From contig CP051526.1 of NCBI GenBank assembly GCA_050916045.1, positions 3,296,001 through 3,360,000 of the forward strand: 64,000 nt of DNA, in the 5' to 3' direction. The position numbers and the translations under genes were made by a program. This document shows, piece by piece, positions 1-9,229 of the stretch; position 1 is the first letter of the stretch, and every line of letters begins with the position of its first letter. This stretch comes from Tepidisphaera sp. Its GTDB lineage: Bacteria > Planctomycetota > Phycisphaerae > Phycisphaerales > UBA1924. The notes under the pieces are model-generated. The model was not told the origin of the DNA. It was given only the letters and a program-made list of their open reading frames with translations, and searched no databases.

Positions 1-1
1 G

Positions 2-238
2 CTCGGCGAGCTTCGCGAGCCCGCCTCGGACCTTTGGTGGACGGTGACCGGGAATGAGATCGACCACGCGGTCCTCGCCGATGTGCTGGACCGGGTGGAA
101 CGGGATGCGCTCCCGCTGATCCGCCGGGCGATCGGGGAGGGAGCGCTCGCGTCGATGTGGCGAGCGGGGGAGAGCGTGGGAACGAATGCCGGTCGGCGGG
201 TGCAGTATCTGCGCTGGCTGGACGCGGAAGGCGCGTAA
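2..238 (+). CDS. 3' end of a hypothetical protein, DUF4304-like (runs off the window start)
   Basis: Frame is open from position 2 (LGELREPASDLWWTV...VLDRVERDALPLI) to TAA at 238. The 'LG.L....D.WW' plus helix pattern resembles DUF4304 C-termini. Confidence 0.45.
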   Translation, partial: LGELREPASDLWWTVTGNEIDHAVLADVLDRVERDALPLIRRAIGEGALASMWRAGESVGTNAGRRVQYLRWLDAEGA

Positions 239-298
239 CGCGCCGCCGATCGAAATGGTCGGCGGACCCTTGTCCTGCCCGAGGTCCGACCCGAGTTC

Positions 299-682
299 CT
301 ACTTGGTGGGGTACTGCTTGTCGTAGTCGGCTTGGTTCATGAGACCGGCGAGGCCGGCTTGATCGCTGACCTTGACCTTGACGAGCCAGCCCTTGCCGTA
401 GGGGTCGGAGTTGATGAGGCTGGGGTCGTCGGAGAGGGCGGCGTTGGTGTCGACGATCTCGCCGGCGGCGGCGGAGTAGACGTCGGAGGTGGTTTTCACG
501 CTCTCGACCTCGCCGATGGTGTCGCCGGCTTTGAGCTTGGTGCCCTTTTTCTTGAGTTCGACGTAGGTGACGTCGGTGAGGGCGTCGACGGCGAAGCGGG
601 TGATGCCGACGGTGAGGGTGTCACCTTCGAGCTTGTGCCATTCGTGCGAGGAGGAGTACTGACGGTCGGCGGGGCTTGGCAT
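299..682 (-). CDS. gcvH: Glycine cleavage system H protein
   Basis: HEW, VGIT.FA, lipoyl-lysine motif EVESVKTTSDVYS, NSDPYGKGWL. Confidence 0.97.
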   Translation of the reverse strand: MPSPADRQYSSSHEWHKLEGDTLTVGITRFAVDALTDVTYVELKKKGTKLKAGDTIGEVESVKTTSDVYSAAAGEIVDTNAALSDDPSLINSDPYGKGWLVKVKVSDQAGLAGLMNQADYDKQYPTK

Positions 683-887
683 GGGTCGTCCTTCGTGGAG
701 CCCGGCGTGGTCACGCCGAGGGGCGAGATGCTAGCGGATTTTCGGGAGGCTGCAAGTGTTCCGGGGGGAGGGTCGTCGGCGGGCCGATCCCCGTTTTTGG
801 AGGATTTTCGGACGAGGGGGCAAAAATGGTTGTGCGAACAGATGAGTCTTCGGGTAGGATACGACCCTTTCCGCGGTCTCCCCTCCG

Positions 888-925
888 GACGGCCGGTGCC
901 TTCGGGCCCGGCCGTCTCTTTTTTT
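888..925 (+). terminator. Intrinsic terminator-like hairpin in the divergent gcvH / TIM-barrel intergenic region
   Basis: Stem GACGGCCGG(T)GCC / GGCCCGGCCGTC with a cUUCGg tetraloop (901-904), followed by TCTTTTTTT. Confidence 0.8.
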
Positions 926-984
926 CGCGCGGTTTTGCCGGGCCGTGCGGGAAAGGTCTGGTTTGGCTACAGTCCGGCCGCCTG

Positions 985-2079
985 ATGCTTCTCACACTCT
1001 CCGCAACCTGTCTTCGTTCGATGCTCAAACCCGCCAGCAAGGGAGCCAAACCGGCTCTCGCGCTGACCGACCTGCCCAACTACACCCGCGAGGTGCTGGG
1101 GCTTCGGGGATTGAGCCTCTCCACCGACCTGCTCGTGGGGGCGGATCGGAAGATGCTCGACACGCTCCGGGAACGGGGCGACAAAGCAGGTTGCGCATGC
1201 CTGACGCTGGTCGAGCCGCCGCCGCTCAAGATCAACGCGGCGAGCGAAACCGCCGCGGCGGCGATCATCGACCGGATGTCTCGGGTGGTGCAGGCCGCTC
1301 AGATCCTGGGGTGCAGCTCGGCCGCATTCCATGTAGAGGGCGTGACCACCGAGAAGGATCGGGAGGTCGCGGCGGGCCGGCTGAAGCAGATCGTGCAGCG
1401 CGGCGAAAAGCTCGATGTGAACATCCTCCTCGGGCCCGCGCCCGGGACGCCGATCGAGCCGGACATGCTGACCGACGTGCTCAAGCGCGTGGGCGGGTTC
1501 CGGGTCGGAACGTTCCCCGACTTTGAGAGCGCGAGCAAAGCCAAGGACCCGATGACCTACCTCCGCCGGTTGAGCCCGTACGCCTCCGCGGTGTGCGCGG
1601 CGACGCTGGCGTTCGAAGCCGGGGCGGTGCAGCCCCCGGCGCCCAAGGCTCCGAGCAAGCAGGCGGCCGCTTCGGCGCTCGCCCGGCTTGCGCAGGCCCT
1701 CGCCGAGATCGACGAAGCCGAGCCGCCCGCGCCCCCCAAGGGCAAGAAGGGCAAAGCCGCTGCGGCCCCCGTGCCCACGCCGATCAAGCCCCCGCCCGAG
1801 CCCAAAGCCGAGGAAGAGGACGAACTGGATGAGGAACTCGACGGCGAGGACCTGATGCTGAGCGAGGAAGGCGACGAGGGGGATGAGGAACCGGAACCCG
1901 AGCTGCTTCCCAACCACGTCGGATACGACCTGGTGGCAATGGTGGCGGCGGTGGCTTCGGTCGGGTACGACGGAGCGCTTCTGGTCGACTACCGGGGCGC
2001 GGGAGATGTTACAATCGGGGTGCAGACCAGCAGGAAGGTTCTCCAGGCGGCACTCGACGCTGCCCGGAACGCTTCCTGA
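985..2079 (+). CDS. Xylose-isomerase-like (AP endonuclease 2) TIM-barrel protein with a long Pro/Lys- and Glu/Asp-rich insert
   Basis: Start re-assigned to ATG 985 (MLLTLSATCL). Family-like motifs AAQILGC, VGTFPDF and VGYDGALLVDY. Confidence 0.7.
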   Translation: MLLTLSATCLRSMLKPASKGAKPALALTDLPNYTREVLGLRGLSLSTDLLVGADRKMLDTLRERGDKAGCACLTLVEPPPLKINAASETAAAAIIDRMSRVVQAAQILGCSSAAFHVEGVTTEKDREVAAGRLKQIVQRGEKLDVNILLGPAPGTPIEPDMLTDVLKRVGGFRVGTFPDFESASKAKDPMTYLRRLSPYASAVCAATLAFEAGAVQPPAPKAPSKQAAASALARLAQALAEIDEAEPPAPPKGKKGKAAAAPVPTPIKPPPEPKAEEEDELDEELDGEDLMLSEEGDEGDEEPEPELLPNHVGYDLVAMVAAVASVGYDGALLVDYRGAGDVTIGVQTSRKVLQAALDAARNAS

Positions 2080-2100
2080 GCCTGAACCCGGAGGTGAAGG

Positions 2101-2874
2101 ATGACCTCTGTCGCCGAACTGCTGGCATCCTTGTCGCCCGCTCAGCCTGTTGTCATCGACGCCATGCGATCCCTGAAGCAATACCTCGCGGGCCGACCGG
2201 TGATCATCACGATCGACGGTCCCGCCGCGGTCGGGAAGGGAACGGTCTCCAAGCTTCTGGCGCGGCGCGGCGGGCTTCAGATTCTGGACACGGGCAAGAT
2301 GTACCGGGCCGTCGCGCTGGCGGCGCTGGACGCGGGCGTGCCCCACACGGATCCGGCCGGGCTGGTGGATCTGATCAAACGGGCGCGGATCTGTTTTGAC
2401 TGGGACGATGAGCCGCCGACGATTTTCGCGTTCGAGCAGGCCCAGGGGCACAGGCTTGGCACTTCCGCGGTCGAGGAAGTCGTCTCAAAGTACGCGGGCG
2501 TGCCGGAGGTGCGGAAGGCGCTCATCGAAGATCAGCGCCGGCTCGCGAAGGAGCACCCGCGGCTTGTCTGCGACGGCCGCGACCAGGGTTCGGTCGTCTT
2601 TCCCGACGCCAGCGTGAAGTTCTTCCTGACCGCCCCCGCCGAGGTGCGTGCGGCGCGGCACGCGATGCGCCACGGCAAGAGCGAAATGCCCGCCGAAGAG
2701 CTCGCCGCGCTCGCACAGAAAATCCGCGAACGCGACGAAACCGATATCCGCAACGGAGCGCTCGTCAAGCCCGACCGCGCCGTCGAGCTCAACACCTCCG
2801 GGCTGACGGTCGAACAGACTGTCGACGCGATGGAAGCCGCGATCTACGACGCGATGGGGCCCGCTTCCGCATGA
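2101..2874 (+). CDS. cmk: Cytidylate kinase
   Basis: ITIDGPAAVGKGT P-loop, LDTGKMYRAVA, DGRDQGSVVFPDA.VKFFLTA. Confidence 0.95.
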   Translation: MTSVAELLASLSPAQPVVIDAMRSLKQYLAGRPVIITIDGPAAVGKGTVSKLLARRGGLQILDTGKMYRAVALAALDAGVPHTDPAGLVDLIKRARICFDWDDEPPTIFAFEQAQGHRLGTSAVEEVVSKYAGVPEVRKALIEDQRRLAKEHPRLVCDGRDQGSVVFPDASVKFFLTAPAEVRAARHAMRHGKSEMPAEELAALAQKIRERDETDIRNGALVKPDRAVELNTSGLTVEQTVDAMEAAIYDAMGPASA

Positions 2875-3524
2875 CGGCGATCCGATGCGTCTGCTTTGAC
2901 TGGGGCGGCGTGATCCTGCGGATCTGCCGCAGTTTCGGCGAGGGCTGCCGCGCCGCCGGCATCGACCTGCGCGGCGACCACGGTGAGAAGCCCTTCGCCA
3001 ACGAACGCAAAGGGCACTCCGAAGCCTACCAGCTCGGCCAGCTCCGCGATGAGGACTACTTCGCGAACATCGCCGAAGCCATGGGCGGGCTCTACACCGC
3101 CGAAGAGATCGAGCGCGTGCACCACGCCTGGCTTGTCGAGGAATATCCTGGCGTTCGCGAGCTCATCGAGCGACTGAACAACACTCCGGGCATCGCGACG
3201 GCGCTGCTTTCCAACACGAACGCGGCTCACTGGCGGCGGCAGTTCCCGCTGCAAACGGGCAACCTTCGCCGGTTCGAAGCGGCCAGCCTCCTCCACCACC
3301 GCCACGCCAGCCACCTTCTGGGCCTGGCCAAGCCTCACCCGTCGATCTACCGCGCGTTCGAAGCGCACACCGGATTCCGCCCCGCCGAGATCCTCTTCTT
3401 CGACGACCTTCCCGACAACATCCAAGCCGCGCGGAACTGCGGCTGGCAAGCGGAGCAGATCGACCACACCGGCGACACGGCCGCGCAGATGGCTCACCAT
3501 CTCAAAGCCCACCGCGTGCTCTAA
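2871..3524 (+). CDS. HAD-family phosphatase (YihX-like)
   Basis: FDWGGV motif I, LLSNTN motif II, KP...IY and FFDD motifs III/IV; ATGA overlap with cmk. Confidence 0.9.
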   Translation: MTAIRCVCFDWGGVILRICRSFGEGCRAAGIDLRGDHGEKPFANERKGHSEAYQLGQLRDEDYFANIAEAMGGLYTAEEIERVHHAWLVEEYPGVRELIERLNNTPGIATALLSNTNAAHWRRQFPLQTGNLRRFEAASLLHHRHASHLLGLAKPHPSIYRAFEAHTGFRPAEILFFDDLPDNIQAARNCGWQAEQIDHTGDTAAQMAHHLKAHRVL

Positions 3525-3529
3525 TCGCT

Positions 3530-4534
3530 TTACCAGCGCCCGCATCCGCGGATCTCGAGGCTCTTGCGCTCGAGCGCCAGAATGTCCGCGACCATCGCCG
3601 CATCCTCAAGTGACGCCCGCGGGGCTTCCGCTCCGGCAAGCACCGCGAGGAAATGACGCACCTCGACCTCGTACGGACCGGTCGTTCCGACATCGACCGG
3701 GTTGGACCCGTTCTCGTCGCTGAGCGTCACGGTGTTCGGAGCTTTGGAAAGGTCGAACTCAACGGTCGCCCGCTCGAAGTTCGCGAGGTATCGCATGCGG
3801 AACCCGAAGGACGGATGCTGGGCCCAGCCGCCGGTCGCGACCACCGACGGGCCGGCGGGCCCCCCGACGCGGTAGATCGTCGTCACGTGGTTCGACGAGC
3901 CGGAGGATGCGAGCGAATCGGGCTTGCCGAAGCACCAGTAGACAAAGTCCGCGTCGTGGATGTGCAGATCGACCATCGCACCGCCGGACCGCTTGTCGTC
4001 CGCGTAGAACGCCGCGTTCCACGTCGGCCGGCTCCCGATGCGTTCGAGCGTCAGCGTGCGGAGCGGGCCAAACCGCTGATCGCGGATCCGGTCGCGAAGC
4101 CAGGGCCACCCGGGCCAGAACCGCATCACCATCGCCGGGATGCAGTGCTTGCCCGACGCCTTCGCCGCCTGATCAAGCTTGCGGATGTCCGCCGCGGCGA
4201 GAGCGACCGGCTTTTCAACCAGGACGTGCATGCCGCGAGCGAGAGCACCCTCGGCGACCGCGACGTGCGTGTCGGTGGGTGTGCAGATGCTGACGGCGTC
4301 GACCCCGGCGTGGGCGAAAAACTCGGCTTCGTCGTGGAAGATCCGAACGCCCGAGAGGTCCAGCGGGGTGGTGTTCATGCCCAGGTTGCCGGCGGCGCCG
4401 CCACCGCCGGTCGGGTCGAGGGCCGCGACGACGTTCGCGCCCGCCGCGCGGTACGAGGTCAGGTGCGTCCGCCCCATGTTGCCCAGGCCGATGATGCCGA
4501 TGCGTGGATGGCTGATGCCGGAGGATTGGGTCAT
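3530..4534 (-). CDS. Gfo/Idh/MocA family oxidoreductase
   Basis: GIIGLGNMG, ICTPTDTH, HVLVEKP, GGAMVDLHIHD. Confidence 0.93.
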   Translation of the reverse strand: MTQSSGISHPRIGIIGLGNMGRTHLTSYRAAGANVVAALDPTGGGGAAGNLGMNTTPLDLSGVRIFHDEAEFFAHAGVDAVSICTPTDTHVAVAEGALARGMHVLVEKPVALAAADIRKLDQAAKASGKHCIPAMVMRFWPGWPWLRDRIRDQRFGPLRTLTLERIGSRPTWNAAFYADDKRSGGAMVDLHIHDADFVYWCFGKPDSLASSGSSNHVTTIYRVGGPAGPSVVATGGWAQHPSFGFRMRYLANFERATVEFDLSKAPNTVTLSDENGSNPVDVGTTGPYEVEVRHFLAVLAGAEAPRASLEDAAMVADILALERKSLEIRGCGRW

Positions 4535-4548
4535 GCCGGACTGTTCCT

Positions 4549-5388
4549 TCAGAATTTCCAGTGTTTCTCGATCAGATCGCGTGCGACACGGACATCCGCG
4601 ACGCGGTCATCGCCGGCTTCGCGCTCGATGACGAAGTCGCCCGCGTACCCGTGATCCCTGAGCACGCCGAAGAACGCTTGCCAGTCGACCTTGCCCTGGC
4701 CCGCGATCTTCTCGGTCCCCCACTCGCCTCGCTTGGTCGTCGGGTCCGCGTCCTTGATGTGCACCTGCATCACGTGGGGCATCAGCCGCTTGAGCGAAGC
4801 CACCGGATCGCCCATCCCGTACAGGATCATGTTCGCGGGGTCAAAGTTCACGCCGACCAGCGCCCGTCCGGGCAACCCCTGATTCACCTCGGCGAGCACG
4901 GTCTCGAGCGTCGCCGCGTCCTCCTGCCCCGTCTCGAGCGCCACACGCACATTCCGCGCGGCCATGATCTCGGCGATGTGCCGAAGCCGCTGAACCATCG
5001 CCGCCCGGCCGGGGTCTCGCGCATCGTGCGGGATGAAGCCCGCGTGGAACGTAACCAGAGGGATCGCGAACCTTGCGGCCATGATCGCGACGCCGTCCGC
5101 GGCTTTCTGATTCGCTTCCCAGGTCTCATCCGGGCGAACGCCCCCGGTGGCTTTGATCGTCTCGAGGGTCGAGTAGTCCTCGCCCTTGGGCGCGAACATG
5201 CCGGAGACAGCCATCAGACCGTGGGCCCGGAACAGGCTCCCAACCGCGTCGGGCCGCCACTGCCACTGACGGATGGGGTCGAGCCAAAGCTGCACCGCGG
5301 AGATGCCGCAGGAACGGCAAAGCTCCAGGAGCGACTCGGGCGAAGACGGCTTGAGCGACCATGAACAGACGGCGATCCGCGGCATCAC
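4549..5388 (-). CDS. Sugar phosphate isomerase/epimerase (AP endonuclease 2 family)
   Basis: ALETGQE, VNFDPANM, VHIKDA, FVIERE metal-ligand motifs. Confidence 0.92.
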   Translation of the reverse strand: MMPRIAVCSWSLKPSSPESLLELCRSCGISAVQLWLDPIRQWQWRPDAVGSLFRAHGLMAVSGMFAPKGEDYSTLETIKATGGVRPDETWEANQKAADGVAIMAARFAIPLVTFHAGFIPHDARDPGRAAMVQRLRHIAEIMAARNVRVALETGQEDAATLETVLAEVNQGLPGRALVGVNFDPANMILYGMGDPVASLKRLMPHVMQVHIKDADPTTKRGEWGTEKIAGQGKVDWQAFFGVLRDHGYAGDFVIEREAGDDRVADVRVARDLIEKHWKF

Positions 5389-5409
5389 GACTCTCCTTTC
5401 GCCCGCAGC

Positions 5410-7488
5410 TTACTTGCCAAGCGAGCCGTCCGCCATGCTCGGCCGCCAGCGGACAAACCCCTCGATCGCCTGATACTCGGGCAAGCCGAGCTTGTCGTAC
5501 GCGACCGCGGTGTTGCGGTTGCGCTCTTCCGCACGCTGCCAGAACTCGCGAGCATCGTTGGGACCGGGGAACAAGGCTTCGTCCTTCTGGCTTTCGTGCT
5601 TGAAGATCGCGAACCGCTTGCGAGCGACCTCGTCGGGCGAAAGCGGGACCGCCATCTCGATCTCTTCCACGCCCCACTCCTGCCACGCGCCGCGGTAAAG
5701 CCAGACGGTGCAGTCCTTCATCCACGGCCGGTCGGCCAGTCGGTGGAGCGCCGTGGTAATAGCGGCGAGGCAGACTCGGTGCGTGCCGTGCGGGTCGGAG
5801 AGATCGCCCGCCGCGTAGACCTGGTGCGGTTTGACCCGTTCGAGCAGGTCGCACGTGATGCGGATGTCGTCCTCGCCGAGCGGTTTCTTCTTGACGCGGC
5901 CGGTTTCGTAGAACGGCAGGTCCATGAAGTGGATGTTCTCGGGTCGGACGCCGCTGTAGCGTGCGCCGGCGCGGGCTTCGGTGCGGCGGATGAGGCCCTT
6001 GATCTTCTGAAGCTCGGGAGCGTCGAGATCGCCGGGCTTCTTGCCCTTGATGAACGCTTCGATCTTGGCTTCGATCTTCTCGGCGACCTCGCGGCCGACC
6101 TCGGGGAACGCGCGGGCGAACTCGCCGACGAAATCGACGTGACGGAGGGCGTTCTCGTCCCAGACGGCGATGTTGCCGCTGGTCTGGTACGCGACGTGCA
6201 CCTCGTGCCCCTGCTCGCAGAGGCGGATGAAGGTCCCGCCCATGCTGATGACGTCGTCGTCGGGGTGCGGGCTGAAGACGACGACGCGCTTGGTCGGAGC
6301 GCGGGTCTCGACGATGGGCGCGAGGCTGGCTTTCCCTTCGGCTTGCTCGACGACCCCGCCCACGCCGCGCCAGACGGCGGCGCCGGGGCCCTCGATCCGG
6401 ACGGATCCGGCCGAAGCGGACGCGCTGGACGCGGCGGGCTGGCCGCCGGGCACGGGCTTGCCGCCCGGCCAGCCGGTGATCGTCTGCTGGACCGAGCGGA
6501 AGACCTCGATGTTGACGTCGTACGCGCCGCGATGGGCGCCGCGGGCAAGGATGAGCTCCGCCAAGCCGTGCTCGTTGTAATCCTCGTCGGTGAGCTTGAG
6601 GATCGGCTTGCCGACGACGCCCGCGAGCCAGATGACGGCTTTCTTGGTGGTTTTGAGGTCCCAGGCGAGGCCGAACTGCTCGATCGGGCCGAGAAGCCAG
6701 GGCGTCTTGAACCGGGTGAGCTCCGAAGCGGACGCCGGGTCGAGCACGAACGTGCAGTTGCTGTGCTGCTGCAGGTAGGAGGCGGAGATGTGCAGGTTGA
6801 TCTCGCCCTCGACGGCTTTCTTCACGATCGGAGCTTTGTGCTCGCCGTACGCCATGAGGATGACGCGTCGGGCGTCCATGATGGTGCCGACACCCATGGT
6901 GATCGCGGTGCGGGGGACGTTCCACTCGCCGAAGAAGTCGCTCGCGGCGTCCATCCGCGTGACTTTGTCGAGCGTGATAAGGCGGGTTCGGCTGTCGCGC
7001 GGCGAGCCGGGCTCGTTGAAGCCGATGTGGCCGGTGCGCCCGATGCCGAGGATCTGAAGGTCGACGCCGCCGGCGGCTTTGATCTTGGCTTCGTAGTCGG
7101 CGCAGAAAGCGGGGACGGAACCTCGCGGGATGGTGCCGTCGGGGAGGTGGATGTTGGCGGGGTCGATGTCGACGTGGTCGAAGAGGTACTCGCGCATGAA
7201 GCGGCGGTAGCTCTGAAGACTCTCGGGCGACATCGGGTGGTATTCGTCGAGGTTGAACGAGACGACGTTGCGGAACGACAACCCCTCGGCGGTGTGGAGT
7301 CGGACGAGTTCGTCGTAGACGGCCTGCGGGGTGGAGCCCGTGGCGAGTCCGAGCACGGCTTTTTTGCCGGCTTTGGCGCGTTCGCGGATGAGCGAAGCGA
7401 TCTCGGCGGCGACGGCTTTGCTCGCCACACCGCTGGAGGGATAGACAGACACCGGCAACCGTTCCCGCGACCCCGCCTGATCAGTCAT
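5410..7488 (-). CDS. nagB: Glucosamine-6-phosphate deaminase fused to a PIG-L/LmbE-like deacetylase domain
   Basis: VLGLATGSTP, FNLDEY, LGIGRTGHIGFNEPGS; C-terminal SPHPDDDVISMGG and DPHGTH; SD AGGAG upstream. Confidence 0.95.
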   Translation of the reverse strand: MTDQAGSRERLPVSVYPSSGVASKAVAAEIASLIRERAKAGKKAVLGLATGSTPQAVYDELVRLHTAEGLSFRNVVSFNLDEYHPMSPESLQSYRRFMREYLFDHVDIDPANIHLPDGTIPRGSVPAFCADYEAKIKAAGGVDLQILGIGRTGHIGFNEPGSPRDSRTRLITLDKVTRMDAASDFFGEWNVPRTAITMGVGTIMDARRVILMAYGEHKAPIVKKAVEGEINLHISASYLQQHSNCTFVLDPASASELTRFKTPWLLGPIEQFGLAWDLKTTKKAVIWLAGVVGKPILKLTDEDYNEHGLAELILARGAHRGAYDVNIEVFRSVQQTITGWPGGKPVPGGQPAASSASASAGSVRIEGPGAAVWRGVGGVVEQAEGKASLAPIVETRAPTKRVVVFSPHPDDDVISMGGTFIRLCEQGHEVHVAYQTSGNIAVWDENALRHVDFVGEFARAFPEVGREVAEKIEAKIEAFIKGKKPGDLDAPELQKIKGLIRRTEARAGARYSGVRPENIHFMDLPFYETGRVKKKPLGEDDIRITCDLLERVKPHQVYAAGDLSDPHGTHRVCLAAITTALHRLADRPWMKDCTVWLYRGAWQEWGVEEIEMAVPLSPDEVARKRFAIFKHESQKDEALFPGPNDAREFWQRAEERNRNTAVAYDKLGLPEYQAIEGFVRWRPSMADGSLGK

Positions 7489-7655
7489 GGACGAATCTCC
7501 TGCCCCGCCCGCCTGAGTCTACCCGCCGGGACTCGAGGCTTTTGACCCGGATGAAGTGGTCGGGATGTCCGATCCGGCGAAGCGACGACACAGCAACGCA
7601 CCCGATTTGAGGATCGGTTCTCACCGGGCGTCGGTTGGAAAGCAGACAAGGGGCG

Positions 7656-8045
7656 TTAGATGCCGCCGCGAACCTTCTTGGCGTACGCGACCTTGGCACG
7701 AGCGGCTTCAGCTTCGGGGCCGGAAGCCTTCTGAAGCTCGGCTTCGGCGTCGGCGATGGAGACCGACTCGCCCGTGAAGGCCTTCTCAGCCAGCACGAGA
7801 AGCTCATTGCCTTCCATGCGGGCGACGCCACCGTTGACGAAGAGGGACCGCGTGCCGCCCTGACCCTTGGTGGAGTCGGCGATGTCCAGGCGAAGCTCAC
7901 CAGCACCCAGACGGGCGAGGATCGGGGCCCGTCCGGGCAGGAAGCCCATCGAGCCGTCCCACGCCGGCAACTGCACATACTTGACCTCTTCGTTCAACAT
8001 CGAAGCGGTCGGCGTCACAACTCGGCAGCGAAAGCTCTGGGCCAC
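7656..8045 (-). CDS. atpC: F0F1 ATP synthase epsilon subunit (stand-alone)
   Basis: VVTP...V.LPAWDGSMGFLPGRAPILARLGAGELR...FVNGG...VLAE plus C-terminal helices. GTG at 8045 is preceded by GGAG. Confidence 0.88.
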   Translation of the reverse strand: MAQSFRCRVVTPTASMLNEEVKYVQLPAWDGSMGFLPGRAPILARLGAGELRLDIADSTKGQGGTRSLFVNGGVARMEGNELLVLAEKAFTGESVSIADAEAELQKASGPEAEAARAKVAYAKKVRGGI

Positions 8046-8139
8046 GGCGATCTCCAAACTCCCGCCCGGCAATTCCCACCCGGGGCGAGGGCCCAATAGT
8101 ACGCCCAAGACCCCGTGAGTTCACCCCGAGCCGAACCGA

Positions 8140-9099
8140 ATGCAAGATCGCCCTTTCACACCCCGAATCTGCCTCGCGGTCAGCCTGCTGGCGGCTTTGG
8201 GAGCGGGTTCGGCGCGTCTTGTTCTGGGTCCGGACGGCATTTCGCTCCCGGAGGGGGATCTTTTCGAGCTTCGCGGGCTTCGGGTGCTGTCGGGGCTAAC
8301 GGTCGGGGCTTCCCTGGGTGTCGCGGGAACGCTGATGCAGTCCCTGCTGCGTAACCCGTTGGCATCGCCGGACTTGATGGGGGTCGCCTCGGGGTCCGGG
8401 CTTTTCGTGATGCTCGCGGCGCTGGTGGCGGGGCCGCTGGGATGGTCATTTGGGGTACTGGCGGCGCCGGCGGCCCTAGCGGGGGCGTTGGTGACGCTGA
8501 CGCTCATCTTTGCGCTGGCCCGGACGCGCGGGGGAGCCTCGGTGGTCGGGCTGACGCTGATCGGCGTGGCAATCGGGTTCATGTTCGGGTCGGCGGGGAT
8601 GCTGGTGCAGCACCTGCTGGCGGATCGGGGGCTGGCGGCGCAGCGATGGCTTTTGGGGTCGCTGCGCGATGACCTGCCGGTGTGGGCGGTGCTTACGTGC
8701 TTGGCGGTGGTGGGCGCGGGGCTGGCGGCCGGCATGACGCGGGCTCGGGCGATGGATGTCTCGGCGCTGGGGGATGAAGCGGCGCGGACGATGGGGGTTT
8801 CACTCGCCAAGCACCGCGCGGTGCTTTTCTTTCTCTCGGGCATGCTCGCGGCGGTCTCGGTGTACCTGGCGGGCCCGATCGGGTTCGTGGGCCTGATCGC
8901 GCCGCACCTGGTTCGGCTGATGGCGGGGCCTGGACATCGGACGCTCCTCCCGGCGTCCGCCCTGATCGGAGCGGCGATCGTCGTCGCGGCGGACTGCGCG
9001 GTGCGAGCCCTAGACCTTCCGTCCGGCCGCTTGCCGCTGGGCGTGGTAACAAGCCTGATCGGCGGGCCGGTGCTGATCGCGATGCTAAGGAAGCGGTAG
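8140..9099 (+). CDS. FecCD/BtuC-family iron-siderophore or cobalamin ABC permease
   Basis: LMQSLLRNPLASPDLMGV, LGDEAARTMGV (EAA motif), GPIGFVGLIAPH, LPLGVVTSLIGGP. Confidence 0.93.
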   Translation: MQDRPFTPRICLAVSLLAALGAGSARLVLGPDGISLPEGDLFELRGLRVLSGLTVGASLGVAGTLMQSLLRNPLASPDLMGVASGSGLFVMLAALVAGPLGWSFGVLAAPAALAGALVTLTLIFALARTRGGASVVGLTLIGVAIGFMFGSAGMLVQHLLADRGLAAQRWLLGSLRDDLPVWAVLTCLAVVGAGLAAGMTRARAMDVSALGDEAARTMGVSLAKHRAVLFFLSGMLAAVSVYLAGPIGFVGLIAPHLVRLMAGPGHRTLLPASALIGAAIVVAADCAVRALDLPSGRLPLGVVTSLIGGPVLIAMLRKR

Positions 9100-9229
9100 G
9101 CAGTTCTTGCGCCAAACTCGACGTCGTCTGGATGGAAATCCCAAGCGGGTTACGTAGCCCACTTCTGTGCCGCATCCCTCCACGTTCTGGACGGGTGATC
9201 TATGCTGTCGGGTTTCCTGGAGGCAACGA

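Noticed and set aside
836..870. Hammerhead-like CAGATGAG segment
   Set aside because: Core is not CUGAUGA and there is no GAAA in the right position.
5126..7545. Long alternative ORFs over nagB (5126-6925 -, 5596-7545 +)
   Set aside because: Arg/Pro-rich off-frame and antisense shadows; nagB explains the region.
7489..8139. Cobalamin riboswitch near the BtuC/FecCD-like permease (CCGGTGAGAACCG resembles a T-loop)
   Set aside because: The motif lies downstream of atpC on the wrong side, the B12-box elements are absent, and the permease's own leader is under 100 nt.
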